A DNA stretch of 64,000 nt from an uncultured Phycisphaerales bacterium (GCA_938084645.1 CALKEP010000009.1:29457-93456); one strand, 5' to 3'. Numbered from the stretch's first letter, positions 49,129 through 60,124 are shown. The notes: a model not told the origin generated them from the sequence alone. Made by a program: numbers and translations.

Positions 49129-50573
49129 TCGCCCGACTCGTAGAGGGTCTTTCCGAATCGCTGGCTCCTCGAGATTCGATCGGTCGCGTGCAGGCCCGCG
49201 AGGACGAATTCGACGCATGACGCCCGCACGGCGGGGTCATCGGCGGCATTCACCTCCATGGCCTTCGTCCAGGCCTTCGGAACCCGGTCCATCAGGGCGG
49301 CGTAGTTCGACGATGGAACGAGATCACCGACTTCGATCCGCACGCCCTTCCCGAAGATCGACGCGATGTCCTCGAGTCCGTCGTCGTCGACGATCTCCTT
49401 GAAGACCGTGGCGACGGCTTCCGCGATCACGGCGTCGAGCACCCTGGCCTCGTCGAGCTGGTGGCTTCCCATCAGATCGAGTTCGAGCTTGCCGATCGCG
49501 GTCGAGTGGAGGTGGGCGAGATCGCAGATCCGGGGGACCGCGGACGCTTCGCCGAGCATGATGCCCCGGCGTCGGGCCGAGGCGACCATCGCACGCCAGT
49601 TGGCGACCGCGAATCGCGCGGAGACGCCGCTGTCGTGGTCGACGTAGGGCGAGCGGCGGGCCGCGAGGGAGATCTCCTCGATGATCGCATCCATGAAGGG
49701 TGGCACTCGCACCGGGTGGGCGCCCCCGAGGTCGAGAGCCGCCTCCTGCCGGGTGATCTCGATGCCGGTGGCGCGATCCTCGGGGTAGTGGGTGCGGATG
49801 GTGGAACCGATGCGGTCCTTCAACTGCGGGATGACCTTGCCCGAGCGGTTGAACGTCGAGGGGTTCGCACTGAAGACGAGCGCCACATCGAGTTCGAAAC
49901 TCACCGGATATCCGCGGATCTGCACGTCGCGCTCCTCGAGGATGTTGAACAGGCCGGTCTGGACGAGTTCATCGAGGTCGGGCAGTTCGTTCATCGCGAA
50001 GATGCCGCGATGCATCCGGGGAACCAGTCCGAAGGAGATCGCCTCCTCGGCGCCGAGGCTCGCGCCGCCGACGATCCGGGCGGGATCGATCTCGCCGATC
50101 AGGTCGGCGAACTTGGTTCCCGGAGCGAGGCGTTCGGCGTAGCGGTCCGATCGGTGCCACCATGCGATGGGCACGTCGGCGGGATCCACGCCCTCGACGG
50201 CGCGGCGGCCCGGGCCGGTGATCGGCGCCTCGGGATCCTCGTGAACCGGGCTTTCCGGCGCGTCGAGACAGGGCAGCCACTCGTCGAGGAATCGGGGCAG
50301 GAGTCGCATCAGGCGGCTCTTGGCCTGGCCCTTCTCCCCGAGAAAGAGAAGGTCGTGACCCGCGAGGATCCCCAGCACGATCTCCGGGATGACGGTGTCG
50401 TCGAATCCCATGATTCCCGGGAAGAGGGGCTCGCCTTGCTCGAGCGCTCGGACGAGATTCGCCCGGAGCTCCTCCTTCACCGACCTCGATTCCCACCCGG
50501 AGGCGCGGAGTTCGGCGAGGTTCGTCGGAAGCCCGGTGGGGATGCTCCGGGTGATGTCGAGGGTGGGGTTCAT
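49125..50573 (-). CDS. Magnesium-chelatase/MoxR-like AAA+ ATPase
   Basis: Walker [41 protein letters not shown]. Confidence 0.88.
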   Translation of the reverse strand: MNPTLDITRSIPTGLPTNLAELRASGWESRSVKEELRANLVRALEQGEPLFPGIMGFDDTVIPEIVLGILAGHDLLFLGEKGQAKSRLMRLLPRFLDEWLPCLDAPESPVHEDPEAPITGPGRRAVEGVDPADVPIAWWHRSDRYAERLAPGTKFADLIGEIDPARIVGGASLGAEEAISFGLVPRMHRGIFAMNELPDLDELVQTGLFNILEERDVQIRGYPVSFELDVALVFSANPSTFNRSGKVIPQLKDRIGSTIRTHYPEDRATGIEITRQEAALDLGGAHPVRVPPFMDAIIEEISLAARRSPYVDHDSGVSARFAVANWRAMVASARRRGIMLGEASAVPRICDLAHLHSTAIGKLELDLMGSHQLDEARVLDAVIAEAVATVFKEIVDDDGLEDIASIFGKGVRIEVGDLVPSSNYAALMDRVPKAWTKAMEVNAADDPAVRASCVEFVLAGLHATDRISRSQRFGKTLYESGE

Positions 50574-50647
50574 GGGTCGCTCGGGAGGTTGGGGGATGGT
50601 CGAGATCGGAACGAACGAAGTCGCGGAGGGTCGGACGGGTGCGTCGG

Positions 50648-51103
50648 TCAGCCCTCGGCGCGCACGGCATGCAAGGCTATCCAGCCCGCCCAGAGAAGGA
50701 CAGCGGCTCGGGCCGACCAGGCGATGGTCCTGATCCAGTTCGTGTCGACGAGTCGTCGGTGGGTCTCCGCGTCGAAGCCCTCCGCGAGTCGGGTGTGGCA
50801 CGGCACCGAGACGAACGCGGTCGTCAGCCACACCACGCCGAGCAGGACGCCGCCGGCCACCGGGATCCACATCGGAATCGACGGGGGGCGAATCGCGAGA
50901 AAGGCGATCGCGGTCGCGGCCTCCGCGAGCATGAGCGGGCCGACCACGAGGGTGATGAGTCTGGCGTGCGCCGCCTCGTAGGCCACGAAGCGATCCGGGC
51001 CCACCGAAGCGAAGAGCGGATAATGCACCACCTGGATCGTCCAGATGAGCCCGGTCAGCATGCAGGTGGTGGCGATCTGGGCGAGCAGCACGAGGGTCGG
51101 CAT
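50648..51103 (-). CDS. Four-TM membrane protein of unknown function
   Basis: [14 protein letters not shown]...VGPLMLAE...LVDTNWIRT; hydrophobic. Confidence 0.75.
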   Translation of the reverse strand: MPTLVLLAQIATTCMLTGLIWTIQVVHYPLFASVGPDRFVAYEAAHARLITLVVGPLMLAEAATAIAFLAIRPPSIPMWIPVAGGVLLGVVWLTTAFVSVPCHTRLAEGFDAETHRRLVDTNWIRTIAWSARAAVLLWAGWIALHAVRAEG

Positions 51104-51169
51104 GGGGTTCGGTTCGCTCCACGTGGCGTCGGGATTCGCGACGATCGGATCGCCGTCCGGGACCGCGGT

Positions 51170-51676
51170 TCAGGGAATCTCGAGAACGGTGAATCGGCCC
51201 GAGGCCGGTTCGAGGGTGGCGACGGTGTGAACCTTCGCGCGATGAATCGCACCGGGATTCAGGACCCTGACGCCTTCGATCGTCTCATCGCGGCTCACAT
51301 GCGTGTGGCCATGGAGGAGGTAGTCGGGGCGGGCCTCGAAGGCGGTCTCGATCTCCGACGAGCGATCGCCGTGGGTCCCGATGATGCGTTGCCCGCCCAT
51401 TCGAAATCGAATCGTCGGGTGGTGGGGTCGAAGGCCCAGGGCGATCGCGTACGAGACCAGCGTGCGTGGTTCGTCGACGTTGCCAAAGAGGAGATGCACC
51501 GGAAGCCCCGCCAGTCGATCGATCACCTGTTCGCTTCCGATGTCGCCCAGATGGAGAATCGTGGTCGCGCCGGCCTCGAGGAGTCGGTCGAGGGCGACGG
51601 TGGTGCGGTCCGCGCGTCCGTGAGTGTCGGAGAGCAGTCCCAGGCATCCGTCCGGCAGGTCGAACCAGTCGTCCAC
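51170..51676 (-). CDS. YfcE/MJ0936-family metallophosphoesterase
   Basis: SDTHG, HLGD, GNVD, THG, HGHTH, NPG motifs. Confidence 0.9.
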   Translation of the reverse strand: MDDWFDLPDGCLGLLSDTHGRADRTTVALDRLLEAGATTILHLGDIGSEQVIDRLAGLPVHLLFGNVDEPRTLVSYAIALGLRPHHPTIRFRMGGQRIIGTHGDRSSEIETAFEARPDYLLHGHTHVSRDETIEGVRVLNPGAIHRAKVHTVATLEPASGRFTVLEIP

Positions 51677-51800
51677 GTCATTCCCTTTCTCCGCCCCGAG
51701 GGAGGATCCTGCACCGCGGGTGAACGGTATCCTGTCCGATTCCTCCGGACCCGTCGACCCGGTCCGCCGCAGCCCATCCCTCTCCGATCGGAAACCGCCG

Positions 51801-53465
51801 ATGACCGTCGTCACCCGTTTTGCGCCGAGCCCGTCCGGAAGTCTCCACGTCGGAGGCGCGAGGACGGCGCTCTTCTGCTGGGCGTTCGCCCGTGGTCGAG
51901 ACGGCCGGTTCGTGCTTCGAATCGAGGATACCGATCGCAAGCGGAGTTCCGAGGCCGCGAGCCTCGGCTTCATGACCGATCTCGACTGGCTCGGCATCGG
52001 CTGGGACGAGGGGCCGGTCCACGGGGACCAGGGTGGCGGTGACCACGGTCCGTACTTCCAGAGCGAACGACTTTCGATCTACACCGAACTCCTCGAGCGA
52101 CTGGTCGCGGAGGGGAAGGCCTATCACGCCTTCGACACGGCGGCCGAACTCGACGCCAAGCGCAAGGCAGCCCGGGAAGCGAAGCAGGCCTACCGCTACG
52201 ATCGCGCCGCGCTCGAACTCTCGGCCGACGAGGTGGCGGCGAAGCTCGCCGCGGGCGAGCCCTCGGTGATCCGCTTCCGAACGCCCGATGCGCCGATCAC
52301 CATCACCGACGAGGTGCTCGGCGAAGCGACCCTGCCCGCGGGCGAGGTCGACGACTTCGTGATCCGCAAGGCGGACGGTTTTCCGACCTACCACTTCGCG
52401 GTGGTGGTCGACGACGCGATGATGGAGGTTTCGCACGTCCTCCGGGCCCAGGAGCACTTCAGCAACACCGCGAAGCACATCGTCCTGCAGGACGCGCTGG
52501 GCTTCGAAAGGCCGGTCTACGGGCATCTCTCGCTCATCTTCAATCCCGACGGTTCGAAGATGAGCAAGCGGGACAAGGACAAGACGCTTCGGGCCGCGGT
52601 GCGGGAGCGTGGAATCGACGCCCCGCCGATCGATGCCGCGGGCGAACCGGTCGTGACGGCGGAGGTATGGGCGAAGTGGATGGGGGACAAGACCGTCCAA
52701 CTCGAGTTGGAGTCGCTCGAAGCCGCCGCGGCGCTGCTCGACGTCGCGCTTCCGGAGATCAACGTCTCGGACTTCCGGCGATCGGGATACCTCCCCGAGG
52801 CCCTGTGCAACTTCCTCGCCTTGAACGGATGGAGCGCGGGCGACGATCTCGAGAAGTTCGACCTGGAGTTCCTCGCCGGGAACTTCGGGCTCGACCGGGT
52901 CCAGAAGACGCCGGCGAAGTTCGACCGCGACAAACTGCTGGCCTTCAACCTCGATGCGATCCAGGCGATGGATGCCGACGGCTTCCACGACCGGGCTCGC
53001 GCCCACGCGGAGGTCTTCCATCCCGTCTTCCTCGAACGGCTCGACGAGGCACAGTTCCGGGTGCTCTGCGATGCGAGTCGCGAGCGGAGCAAGACGCTCG
53101 ATGAGCCCTTTCGAACGAACCGGTTCCTGGTCGCGGCCGACGACGAGATCACCTGGACCGTCAGCAAACCGGTTCGGAAGGCGATGTTCAAGGGAGAGCC
53201 CACCGGCCTGGCGCTGCTCGAATCGATCCTGCCGTCTCTGGAGGCATCGGAGGCCTTCGACGCCGCGACGCTCGAGGCGACGATCACCGCCTTCGCGGAG
53301 GCCCGCGCCGACGGGAATCTCGGGCGCATCGCGCAGCCGCTCCGCATCGCGGTGAGCGGCGGGCCGATCAGCCCCCCGATCTTCGACACGCTGGCGATCC
53401 TCGGCCGCGAGTCGGTGGTGGCGAGGATTCGAGGCTGCCTCGAATCGCTTTCGGCCGAAGCCTGA
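51801..53465 (+). CDS. gltX: Glutamate--tRNA ligase
   Basis: TRFAPSPSGSLHVGG (HIGH), LRIEDTD, GPYFQSER, PTYHFAVVVDD, KMSKR, PLRIAVSG. Confidence 0.96.
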   Translation: MTVVTRFAPSPSGSLHVGGARTALFCWAFARGRDGRFVLRIEDTDRKRSSEAASLGFMTDLDWLGIGWDEGPVHGDQGGGDHGPYFQSERLSIYTELLERLVAEGKAYHAFDTAAELDAKRKAAREAKQAYRYDRAALELSADEVAAKLAAGEPSVIRFRTPDAPITITDEVLGEATLPAGEVDDFVIRKADGFPTYHFAVVVDDAMMEVSHVLRAQEHFSNTAKHIVLQDALGFERPVYGHLSLIFNPDGSKMSKRDKDKTLRAAVRERGIDAPPIDAAGEPVVTAEVWAKWMGDKTVQLELESLEAAAALLDVALPEINVSDFRRSGYLPEALCNFLALNGWSAGDDLEKFDLEFLAGNFGLDRVQKTPAKFDRDKLLAFNLDAIQAMDADGFHDRARAHAEVFHPVFLERLDEAQFRVLCDASRERSKTLDEPFRTNRFLVAADDEITWTVSKPVRKAMFKGEPTGLALLESILPSLEASEAFDAATLEATITAFAEARADGNLGRIAQPLRIAVSGGPISPPIFDTLAILGRESVVARIRGCLESLSAEA

Positions 53466-53474
53466 CCCGCTCGT

Positions 53475-53963
53475 TCAGAACGCGCCCTTGGTCGCGGTGA
53501 CGTCGGACGAGGTCATGACCGAGCGATCGTCGTACCGCTGGATCTCCACCGCGTAGACCGGCTCCGACCAGCTCCCGCTGATCGCATATTCGGTACCCGC
53601 CTCGAAGGTGGCGGTGATGGTGGTCGTCGTCTTCCATTCGACGTTGGTCATCGCCAGCATCTGACGGGTCTGGCGGCCGGCCTGCTGCAACGATTCGAGC
53701 GAGACCGGCCCGAGTTCGAGCGTGAGGGTTCGTTCGCCCGCGAGCACCGCGAGATCGATCTGGCTGTTGACCTTGAATCCGTCGACGGCTCGGACGGTGA
53801 CGAGGATTCCGGTCCAGAATGGATTCGCCCGCAGCGTCGCGGTCTCCGCCGCGGGCCGGGCGGCGCCGGGGTAGCCCCGGACCGCGCCGCAGCCGGCGGT
53901 GGCCAGGAGGATGGTGGCGACCGCGGTGAACACGAGATTCCGGTGGATCGAGGTGGTTGGCAT
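53475..53963 (-). CDS. Hypothetical lipoprotein
   Basis: Signal peptide with TAGC lipobox; beta-rich mature part. Confidence 0.6.
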   Translation of the reverse strand: MPTTSIHRNLVFTAVATILLATAGCGAVRGYPGAARPAAETATLRANPFWTGILVTVRAVDGFKVNSQIDLAVLAGERTLTLELGPVSLESLQQAGRQTRQMLAMTNVEWKTTTTITATFEAGTEYAISGSWSEPVYAVEIQRYDDRSVMTSSDVTATKGAF

Positions 53964-54143
53964 CTGGGCGCTTCCTGCGGTGGGGGATTGGAGATGCCGG
54001 AAGCCTACTCGTTCGGCGACTCCCGATTCGGCGGGCTTGCGTTCTTTTTTCGGCGGCGGACCGGCCGAATGCCGATTGAGACAGGAACCGGCGGTCACGC
54101 CGTCTTCGGCTCTTCAATCATCGCCCCGCACGAGGAATCCTCC

Positions 54144-54416
54144 ATGTCCATCGAAGCCAGGATCGACCGTCTCGAAACCACGAATCGTCGCTACCGGAAC
54201 CTGCTCGTCGTCGGCGCGGTGATCGCGGCGGGCGCGATCACCCTCGCGATGCGTCAGCCGGCGCCCCGCGATCCGTTCGTCTCGCTCCAGATCGGCAACG
54301 GTGGCCAGTACATGTACGGGCTCACGATGAGCGGCCAGCTCTATCAGATGGATCGAACGACGGCGGTGGGCACCGGCGTCGCGCCGCGTCGCTGGTTCAA
54401 GGTCGGCGATCGCTGA
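54144..54416 (+). CDS. Small hypothetical protein (coiled coil plus TM/signal anchor)
   Basis: GAGGA RBS; IEARIDRLETTNRRYR followed by a hydrophobic stretch. Confidence 0.6.
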   Translation: MSIEARIDRLETTNRRYRNLLVVGAVIAAGAITLAMRQPAPRDPFVSLQIGNGGQYMYGLTMSGQLYQMDRTTAVGTGVAPRRWFKVGDR

Positions 54417-54421
54417 GTCGA

Positions 54422-55552
54422 TCAGTCCGCCGGCCAGTCGACGGAGTCGAGGGTCGTGAAGACCTTGCGAAAGTCCGCTTCGCTCGCGTTCGTTCCCGGG
54501 GGGATCATCTCCGGGGTGTCCTCGAGGCGATTCGCGACGAGCGGATTTCGTCCGAGCGCGTGGATCGAACGAATCATGTCCACGTAGCTGGAGCGATCGA
54601 ACGCGTCCTCCACGAACGGTTGATTGAGGATCGATCCTCGCCACTGGTACCGGATGGTCTGCAGGTTGACGTTCGCCCAGTGTCCCGCCGACGGTCCGTG
54701 GAAGGGGCCGGTCACGAATCGCATCGCGTTCGGGCCGATGAGTGCGGGCAGCAGGAACACGTCCTTGCTCCGATCCGCCCGGGCCTGCACGGCTTCACTG
54801 GGGATGACGTCGCCATCGAAGCGAATGTAGGTCTGGACGACCGGCGGCCCGCTGGGGGTGTAGGGCCCGATGTGGTCCGCCTCGAAGCGGTCGGGGCAGG
54901 GGGCGTCCGGGTCCACCAGCGGCGCGAGCAGTTCATCGAACTTCCGGATGTTGGCGGCGTGGATCTCGAGATGCGATTCGGGGATGGGATCGACGCCGAG
55001 CAGACGGGCGAGTCGTCGGGCCCGACGGGTCGCGGAGAGGTCGATCCGATCGACGTTCGAGATGGTCTGGAAGATCAGGAACTTGAAGAACTCGTACCAG
55101 AGCCATTCGTGGGGTTCGAGCGGCGCGGTCGAGAACGGGACCGGGTCACCGGAGACCAGTCGCCACGAGAAGTGACGGGAGTACCCCTGGAACATCGGGT
55201 GGGCGGCGTCGGCCTGCTTGAAGATCTCGATCTCGCCGACCACCGGCACCTTGAAGGCGAAGAGTCGTTGCTTGAAGGCGTGGATTCGCCTGGCGACCTC
55301 GATCATCTCGTCGAGGTCGCTGTCGTCGCGGATGACGATCGCGAGGTCGATGTCGCTGAAGCCGGGCTGGTGTTCGCGGCGGGCGAACGAACCCTTGAGC
55401 AGCACCGAGGACACGCAGCGATGCTCGCGCATGCAGGCGTCGAATCGATCGAGGACCACGTCGTAGAAGGCCCGGTAGGCGTGGGAGAAGCCGGGGAGCC
55501 GTCCGGTCGACGTCACGAGTCGGACGAGTCTGGTGACCATCGGATCCATCAT
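54422..55552 (-). CDS. Nucleotidyltransferase-domain protein (pol-beta superfamily)
   Basis: VLLKGSFARR...GFSDIDLAIV (hG[GS]...DxD); ATGA overlap with wzt. Confidence 0.75.
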   Translation of the reverse strand: MMDPMVTRLVRLVTSTGRLPGFSHAYRAFYDVVLDRFDACMREHRCVSSVLLKGSFARREHQPGFSDIDLAIVIRDDSDLDEMIEVARRIHAFKQRLFAFKVPVVGEIEIFKQADAAHPMFQGYSRHFSWRLVSGDPVPFSTAPLEPHEWLWYEFFKFLIFQTISNVDRIDLSATRRARRLARLLGVDPIPESHLEIHAANIRKFDELLAPLVDPDAPCPDRFEADHIGPYTPSGPPVVQTYIRFDGDVIPSEAVQARADRSKDVFLLPALIGPNAMRFVTGPFHGPSAGHWANVNLQTIRYQWRGSILNQPFVEDAFDRSSYVDMIRSIHALGRNPLVANRLEDTPEMIPPGTNASEADFRKVFTTLDSVDWPAD

Positions 55553-56379
55553 GACGGAGCCTCTTCCGTGGTGGTGTCGCCGGCGTCTCTCCGATGCAGG
55601 CCGACGAGATCTCCCGGTGATCCGTCCGCGACGAGCCGGCCGTGATCGATGAGGATCGCGCGATCGCACAGGCGTTCCAGCATGTCGAGTTCGTGGCTCA
55701 CGAAGACGATGGAGCGGCCGGATCGAGCGAGTGACCGCATGGTGTCGAGGCACTTGGCGCGAAAGGCGGCGTCGCCGACCGCGAGCACTTCGTCCACCAG
55801 CATGATCTCGGCCTCGAGGTGGGCCGCGACAGAGAAGGCGAGTCGGGCGGTCATTCCGCTGGAGTACCGCTTCACCGGGGTGTCGATGGCCTCCTCGATC
55901 TCGGCGTAGTCGACGATTCGATCGAATCGCCCGGCGATCTCGCGTTGGGACATCCCGAGAATCGCACCGCTGAGGAAGACGTTCTCCCGTCCGCTCAGCT
56001 CGTGGTGGAACCCTGCCGAGACCTCGAGCATCGCGCCGACCCGCCCGCGAACGATCGCGGTGCCCCGGGTCGGTGGCGTGATCCGAGCAAGAATCTTCAG
56101 GAGCACGCTCTTGCCGGCCCCGTTCTCGCCGATCACGCCCAGGGTCTCGCCCGCGTGGAGATCGAAGCTGACGTCCTCGATCGCCCAGAACATCCCATCG
56201 GTCTTCGAAGGCCGGTCCGGTCCCGTCGGCCGGAGCATCCGGCGGACGGTTCGCCACGGCATGCCGGCGAGTTCCCCGAGCAGGTGATGCATGCCCATGG
56301 ACTCGATGGCCCGGCCGCGGTCACGGCGGTATCGCTTCGAGAGGCCTCGGGCTTCGATCATGGGCGGATCAGACGGCAT
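55549..56379 (-). CDS. wzt: Polysaccharide/polyol-phosphate export ABC transporter ATP-binding protein (Wzt/TagH-like)
   Basis: GENGAGKS, PVKRYSSGM..RLAF, VDEVLAVGD, VSH; no C-terminal carbohydrate-binding domain. Confidence 0.9.
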   Translation of the reverse strand: MPSDPPMIEARGLSKRYRRDRGRAIESMGMHHLLGELAGMPWRTVRRMLRPTGPDRPSKTDGMFWAIEDVSFDLHAGETLGVIGENGAGKSVLLKILARITPPTRGTAIVRGRVGAMLEVSAGFHHELSGRENVFLSGAILGMSQREIAGRFDRIVDYAEIEEAIDTPVKRYSSGMTARLAFSVAAHLEAEIMLVDEVLAVGDAAFRAKCLDTMRSLARSGRSIVFVSHELDMLERLCDRAILIDHGRLVADGSPGDLVGLHRRDAGDTTTEEAPS

Positions 56380-57241
56380 CGGCGAATCGATCCTCCTGTC
56401 GACGGAAGTAGAGGAGTCCGGTCCAGCAACCGAGGATCGCCACGGCGACGGAGACGAACCAGGCCGGATGGAACGCCGCATCGTCACCAAGCAGGGCGAA
56501 GCGGAACACCGAGATCACCGTGCTCATCGGATTCGCCGCGTAGAGCCATCGCCACGCGTCGGGAATCATCGTCGCGGGGTAGGCGATCGGCGACAGGAAG
56601 AGCAGCAACTGCGTGAAGAACGGGAGTGCGTTCTCGACGTCGCGGTACCGGACGTTCGTCGCCGACAACCACAGGCTGGAGGTGATGGTGGTGATGAGCA
56701 GCAGGGCGATCGCGGCGGGGAGGACGATGAGATTCCATCCCGGCGTGACGCCGAACCACGCGAGTGCGAGGAGGAGCAGCCCGAAGCCGATCACGAAATC
56801 GACGAGTCCGCCGACGAGCGTCCCGAAGGGAAGCGTGAGACGGGGAAAGCGGACCTTGGTGAGAAGGTCTCGATTGGTGGCGAGGATGATGGTCGACTTC
56901 GTGGTGCCGTGGACGAAATAGGTCCAGGCCACGAGTCCGCAGAGCGCGAAGAGCGGATAGGGGATTCCATTCGTCGGAATCTTCATCATCCGTCCGAAGA
57001 GCACGCTGAAGATGGCCATGGTCAGGAGCGGCTGCAGGATCGCCCATCCCATGCCCACCACTCGCTGCTTGTAGCGAACCCGCACGTCGCGGGCCGCGAA
57101 CACCCAGACCAGTTCCCGATGTCGCCAGACATCGCCGAGTCCGAGCGTCGGCCAGCCCGTGACCGGGCGAATGACGGTGGTGGTGTCCGCCGGGTCGATG
57201 CCCCCGGATCCGGACGTCGGCGTTGCGTCGGCGGCGTCCAT
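56369..57241 (-). CDS. wzm: Polysaccharide export ABC transporter permease (Wzm/TagG-like)
   Basis: RDVRVRYKQ..GMGWAILQPL, KVRFPR, RYRDV, SPIAYP, NPM. Confidence 0.9.
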   Translation of the reverse strand: MDAADATPTSGSGGIDPADTTTVIRPVTGWPTLGLGDVWRHRELVWVFAARDVRVRYKQRVVGMGWAILQPLLTMAIFSVLFGRMMKIPTNGIPYPLFALCGLVAWTYFVHGTTKSTIILATNRDLLTKVRFPRLTLPFGTLVGGLVDFVIGFGLLLLALAWFGVTPGWNLIVLPAAIALLLITTITSSLWLSATNVRYRDVENALPFFTQLLLFLSPIAYPATMIPDAWRWLYAANPMSTVISVFRFALLGDDAAFHPAWFVSVAVAILGCWTGLLYFRRQEDRFADAV

Positions 57242-57242
57242 T

Positions 57243-58334
57243 TCAATCTCCGCCGTGTCGCGCGGCGAGATCGCGCAGGAATGCGGTGAGGACATCGCCG
57301 GTCTGTTCGATTCCCGGGCCCATCTCGAATCGATACACCTCCGCTCGACGCGCGATCGCCAGGCTCGTGCGGAGTCGTGAGAGCGCGAGCCCGCCCTTCC
57401 CGAAGAGTTCGAAGGCCGAACTCTGGAGCACGAACTCGACTCCCTGGTAGAGACCCAGGCCGACCACCGCATCGGAGATCAGCGGGCGAATCGCGGCGCG
57501 ACGCGGCAGCGGGACCATTCGGGATGCGCCGGCGGTGAAGCGTTTGCCGATGAGGATCGCCCCGATCGGGACCGGGCCCGAGAGCTTCGATTCGAACGCC
57601 CGCATGTCGATCAGGGTCTTGGGGCCGAATTCCATCCGTTCGATCTCGAGCCGCATCGATTCGGGAACCTCGGGAAGGCTCGTGCCGGGACGGACGCCGA
57701 TCCGCATCGGAAAGGGATCGATCGAACCATCGCGTCGCATGAGCGGCGAGTCTTCGGACAGCAGACGGACGCCGTCGGTCTGCAGCATTCGAAGGGCCAT
57801 CGTGGTCTTGCCGCCGGAACTGGGAAGCATCAGCAGCACCGCTCGACCACCCGTCTCCAGTCCGAGTGCATGTACGCGGGTTCGTCCGGTGCGATCGAAG
57901 TGGGCGCCCACATGGGAGAGCACGGTGAGGAATGCCGCCTCGTGGGCGAGATGGCGATCGTCCGAGTGGATCGCGCAATGCCGTCCGCCGTCGCTGATCA
58001 CGCTGAGCGCGCGACCGCCGTAATCGAGGTAGGACCGGTCCCCGTCGCGATAGACGACGTTGCGGGGCGTGTGCTGCGCGGCCTCGAGCCTCGGAAGCGT
58101 CGGTCGGCTGCCGAAGTCGCGGAACACGATCTCGAGATCGTGTCGGCCCGTCGATTGTGTCGCGAAGAGCGAGAAGTCGGTCTGGATATCGGACACCCGA
58201 ACCGGGTCGCCGTCACTGCGAGCTTGGATTCTGAAGCCATGAAAATCGAAGGAGACGGAGGCGCTGCCTGATCCAGCGGTCGCGGCTTCGGAGTTCAACG
58301 ATCGTTGATCGGCGTTTGGTAGTGCGTCGGGCAT
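57243..58334 (-). CDS. HPr kinase-related P-loop protein
   Basis: RVHALGL...AVLLMLPSSGGKTT...LLSEDSPL (HprK-like H, Walker A, DD pattern); start uncertain (58334 or 58385). Confidence 0.65.
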   Translation of the reverse strand: MPDALPNADQRSLNSEAATAGSGSASVSFDFHGFRIQARSDGDPVRVSDIQTDFSLFATQSTGRHDLEIVFRDFGSRPTLPRLEAAQHTPRNVVYRDGDRSYLDYGGRALSVISDGGRHCAIHSDDRHLAHEAAFLTVLSHVGAHFDRTGRTRVHALGLETGGRAVLLMLPSSGGKTTMALRMLQTDGVRLLSEDSPLMRRDGSIDPFPMRIGVRPGTSLPEVPESMRLEIERMEFGPKTLIDMRAFESKLSGPVPIGAILIGKRFTAGASRMVPLPRRAAIRPLISDAVVGLGLYQGVEFVLQSSAFELFGKGGLALSRLRTSLAIARRAEVYRFEMGPGIEQTGDVLTAFLRDLAARHGGD

Positions 58335-58651
58335 TCGCGGTCCGTCTTGATTTCGTCGATTCCGTTCGCGAAAGGCGGATGGCAATGTAGTATGAAGTGC
58401 TCGACAGCTTGGGGCGAGATACTCATTTCTCTCGCTTTCCCGCTCGAGGGCAGTCCTATATTTCCGGGATGCGTTCCGGCGACGCTCAACGACGCCGATC
58501 GACAGCCCTCCGAGCCAGTCCGGTTCGGCATTGGGGCATTGGAATGATCCGAGGACACGCGGATGTATCAGCCCGGCAGGGCTGGCGGGTCATGTCGCGG
58601 TGACTCACGGAACGCGACCGTTTCTGATCGTGGAGAGAAAGAGGTTCGAAC

Positions 58652-60124
58652 TTGGTTTCCAACAGACGAGCGAATGAAGAGATCGACACGCTGGTGATCG
58701 GCGGTGGCCCCGCCGGCCTCACCGGTGCGTTGCACATTCAGGGGCTCGACGCCGATCGGGTGCCGGTGGTGCTCGAGGCGGGTGACCGGGTTGGTGGAAT
58801 CGCCCGAACCGAATCCCACCGCGGATATCGGTTCGACATCGGTGGGCATCGTTTCTTCACGAAGGTTCCCGAGGTCAAGGCCTTCTGGGAGGACCTCATG
58901 GGGGACGACTTCATCGATGTTCCGAGATCCAGCCGAATCTACTACCGCGGCTGTTTCTTCGACTATCCACTTCGGGTCGGAAACGCGCTCGGGAATCTCG
59001 GGCTGATGGAATCGGCACGGTCGGGCCTGAGTTGGATGAAGTGGCGGATGTTCCCCGTGCGCAACGAGGAGAATTTCGAGGAGTGGGTCTGCAATCGATT
59101 CGGTGGCAGGCTCTACTGGCACTTCTTCCGAACCTACACCGAGAAGGTCTGGGGCATTCCAGGCACCGAGATTCAGGCCGACTGGGCCGCCCAGCGGATC
59201 AAGGACCTGTCGCTCTTCAAGGCGGTCGTCGATGCGGTGTTCAAGCGCGGCGAATCGACGAGTCTCATCAAGTCGTTCAAGTACCCACGGCTCGGGCCGG
59301 GGCAGCTCTGGGAGCGCGCGGCGGATCGAATCGAATCCCAGGGCGGGGAGGTCCGGCTGGACACCGCCGCCACCGCCATTCATCACGACGGAGAGCGGAT
59401 CCTCGAAGTCGAGATCGAATCTCGCAACGGTGATCAGCGTCGAATCACGCCTCGATCGGTGCTTTCTTCGATGCCGCTCACCCAGTTGGTTCGGGCGATG
59501 AATCCGCCCGCGCCGCCCGAGGTGCTCGAGGCATGCGACGGCCTGCGATACCGGGACTTCCTGATCGTCACGCTGGTGCTCGACCATGCGGATCCGTTCC
59601 CCGACAACTGGATCTACATCCACGAGCCGAACGTCAAGGTCGGTCGCATCCAGAACTTTCGGGCCTGGTCGAAGGAGATGGTCCCCGACGACGCCACCGC
59701 CAGCATCGGGATGGAGTACTTCTGTCACGAGGGCGACGGCCTCTGGGCTTCCGACGACGAGGCGTTGATCGAGCTGGCGCGAAAGGAACTCGCCGAACTC
59801 GGGCTGGCGCCGGCATCGAGCGTGGTCGACGGCAAGGTGATCCGGCAGAAGAAGGCCTATCCGGTCTACGACGCCGGCTATCAGGCGCGGGTCGAGACAA
59901 TCCGTCAATGGCTTGAACGCTTCCGGAATCTCGAGACCTCGGGACGCAACGGAATGCATCGTTACAACAATCAGGATCATTCGATGGTCTCGGCGATGGT
60001 CGCGGCCGAGCGTCTGGTCGATCCAGTCAACGCAGGGGATCCCTGGGCGGTGAACGTCGAACGTTCCTACCAGGAGGAGTTCCGCGTGAAGCCTCGGTCC
60101 GAGGAGCGGGTCGTTGGCGGCTGA
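58652..60124 (+). CDS. FAD-dependent oxidoreductase (protoporphyrinogen oxidase / UDP-galactopyranose mutase-like, glycan-locus type)
   Basis: IGGGPAGLT, VGGIART..YRFDIGGHRFF, YTEKVWG, GRNGMHRYNNQDHSM. Confidence 0.85.
   Translation: MVSNRRANEEIDTLVIGGGPAGLTGALHIQGLDADRVPVVLEAGDRVGGIARTESHRGYRFDIGGHRFFTKVPEVKAFWEDLMGDDFIDVPRSSRIYYRGCFFDYPLRVGNALGNLGLMESARSGLSWMKWRMFPVRNEENFEEWVCNRFGGRLYWHFFRTYTEKVWGIPGTEIQADWAAQRIKDLSLFKAVVDAVFKRGESTSLIKSFKYPRLGPGQLWERAADRIESQGGEVRLDTAATAIHHDGERILEVEIESRNGDQRRITPRSVLSSMPLTQLVRAMNPPAPPEVLEACDGLRYRDFLIVTLVLDHADPFPDNWIYIHEPNVKVGRIQNFRAWSKEMVPDDATASIGMEYFCHEGDGLWASDDEALIELARKELAELGLAPASSVVDGKVIRQKKAYPVYDAGYQARVETIRQWLERFRNLETSGRNGMHRYNNQDHSMVSAMVAAERLVDPVNAGDPWAVNVERSYQEEFRVKPRSEERVVGG

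Noticed and set aside
54422..58558. Possible lasso-peptide cluster (HprK-like kinase, nucleotidyltransferase, ABC transporter, small ORF 58295-58558)
   Set aside because: No lasso cyclase, PqqD/RRE or B2 peptidase; the ABC genes are Wzm/Wzt type; the small ORF lacks a convincing precursor pattern
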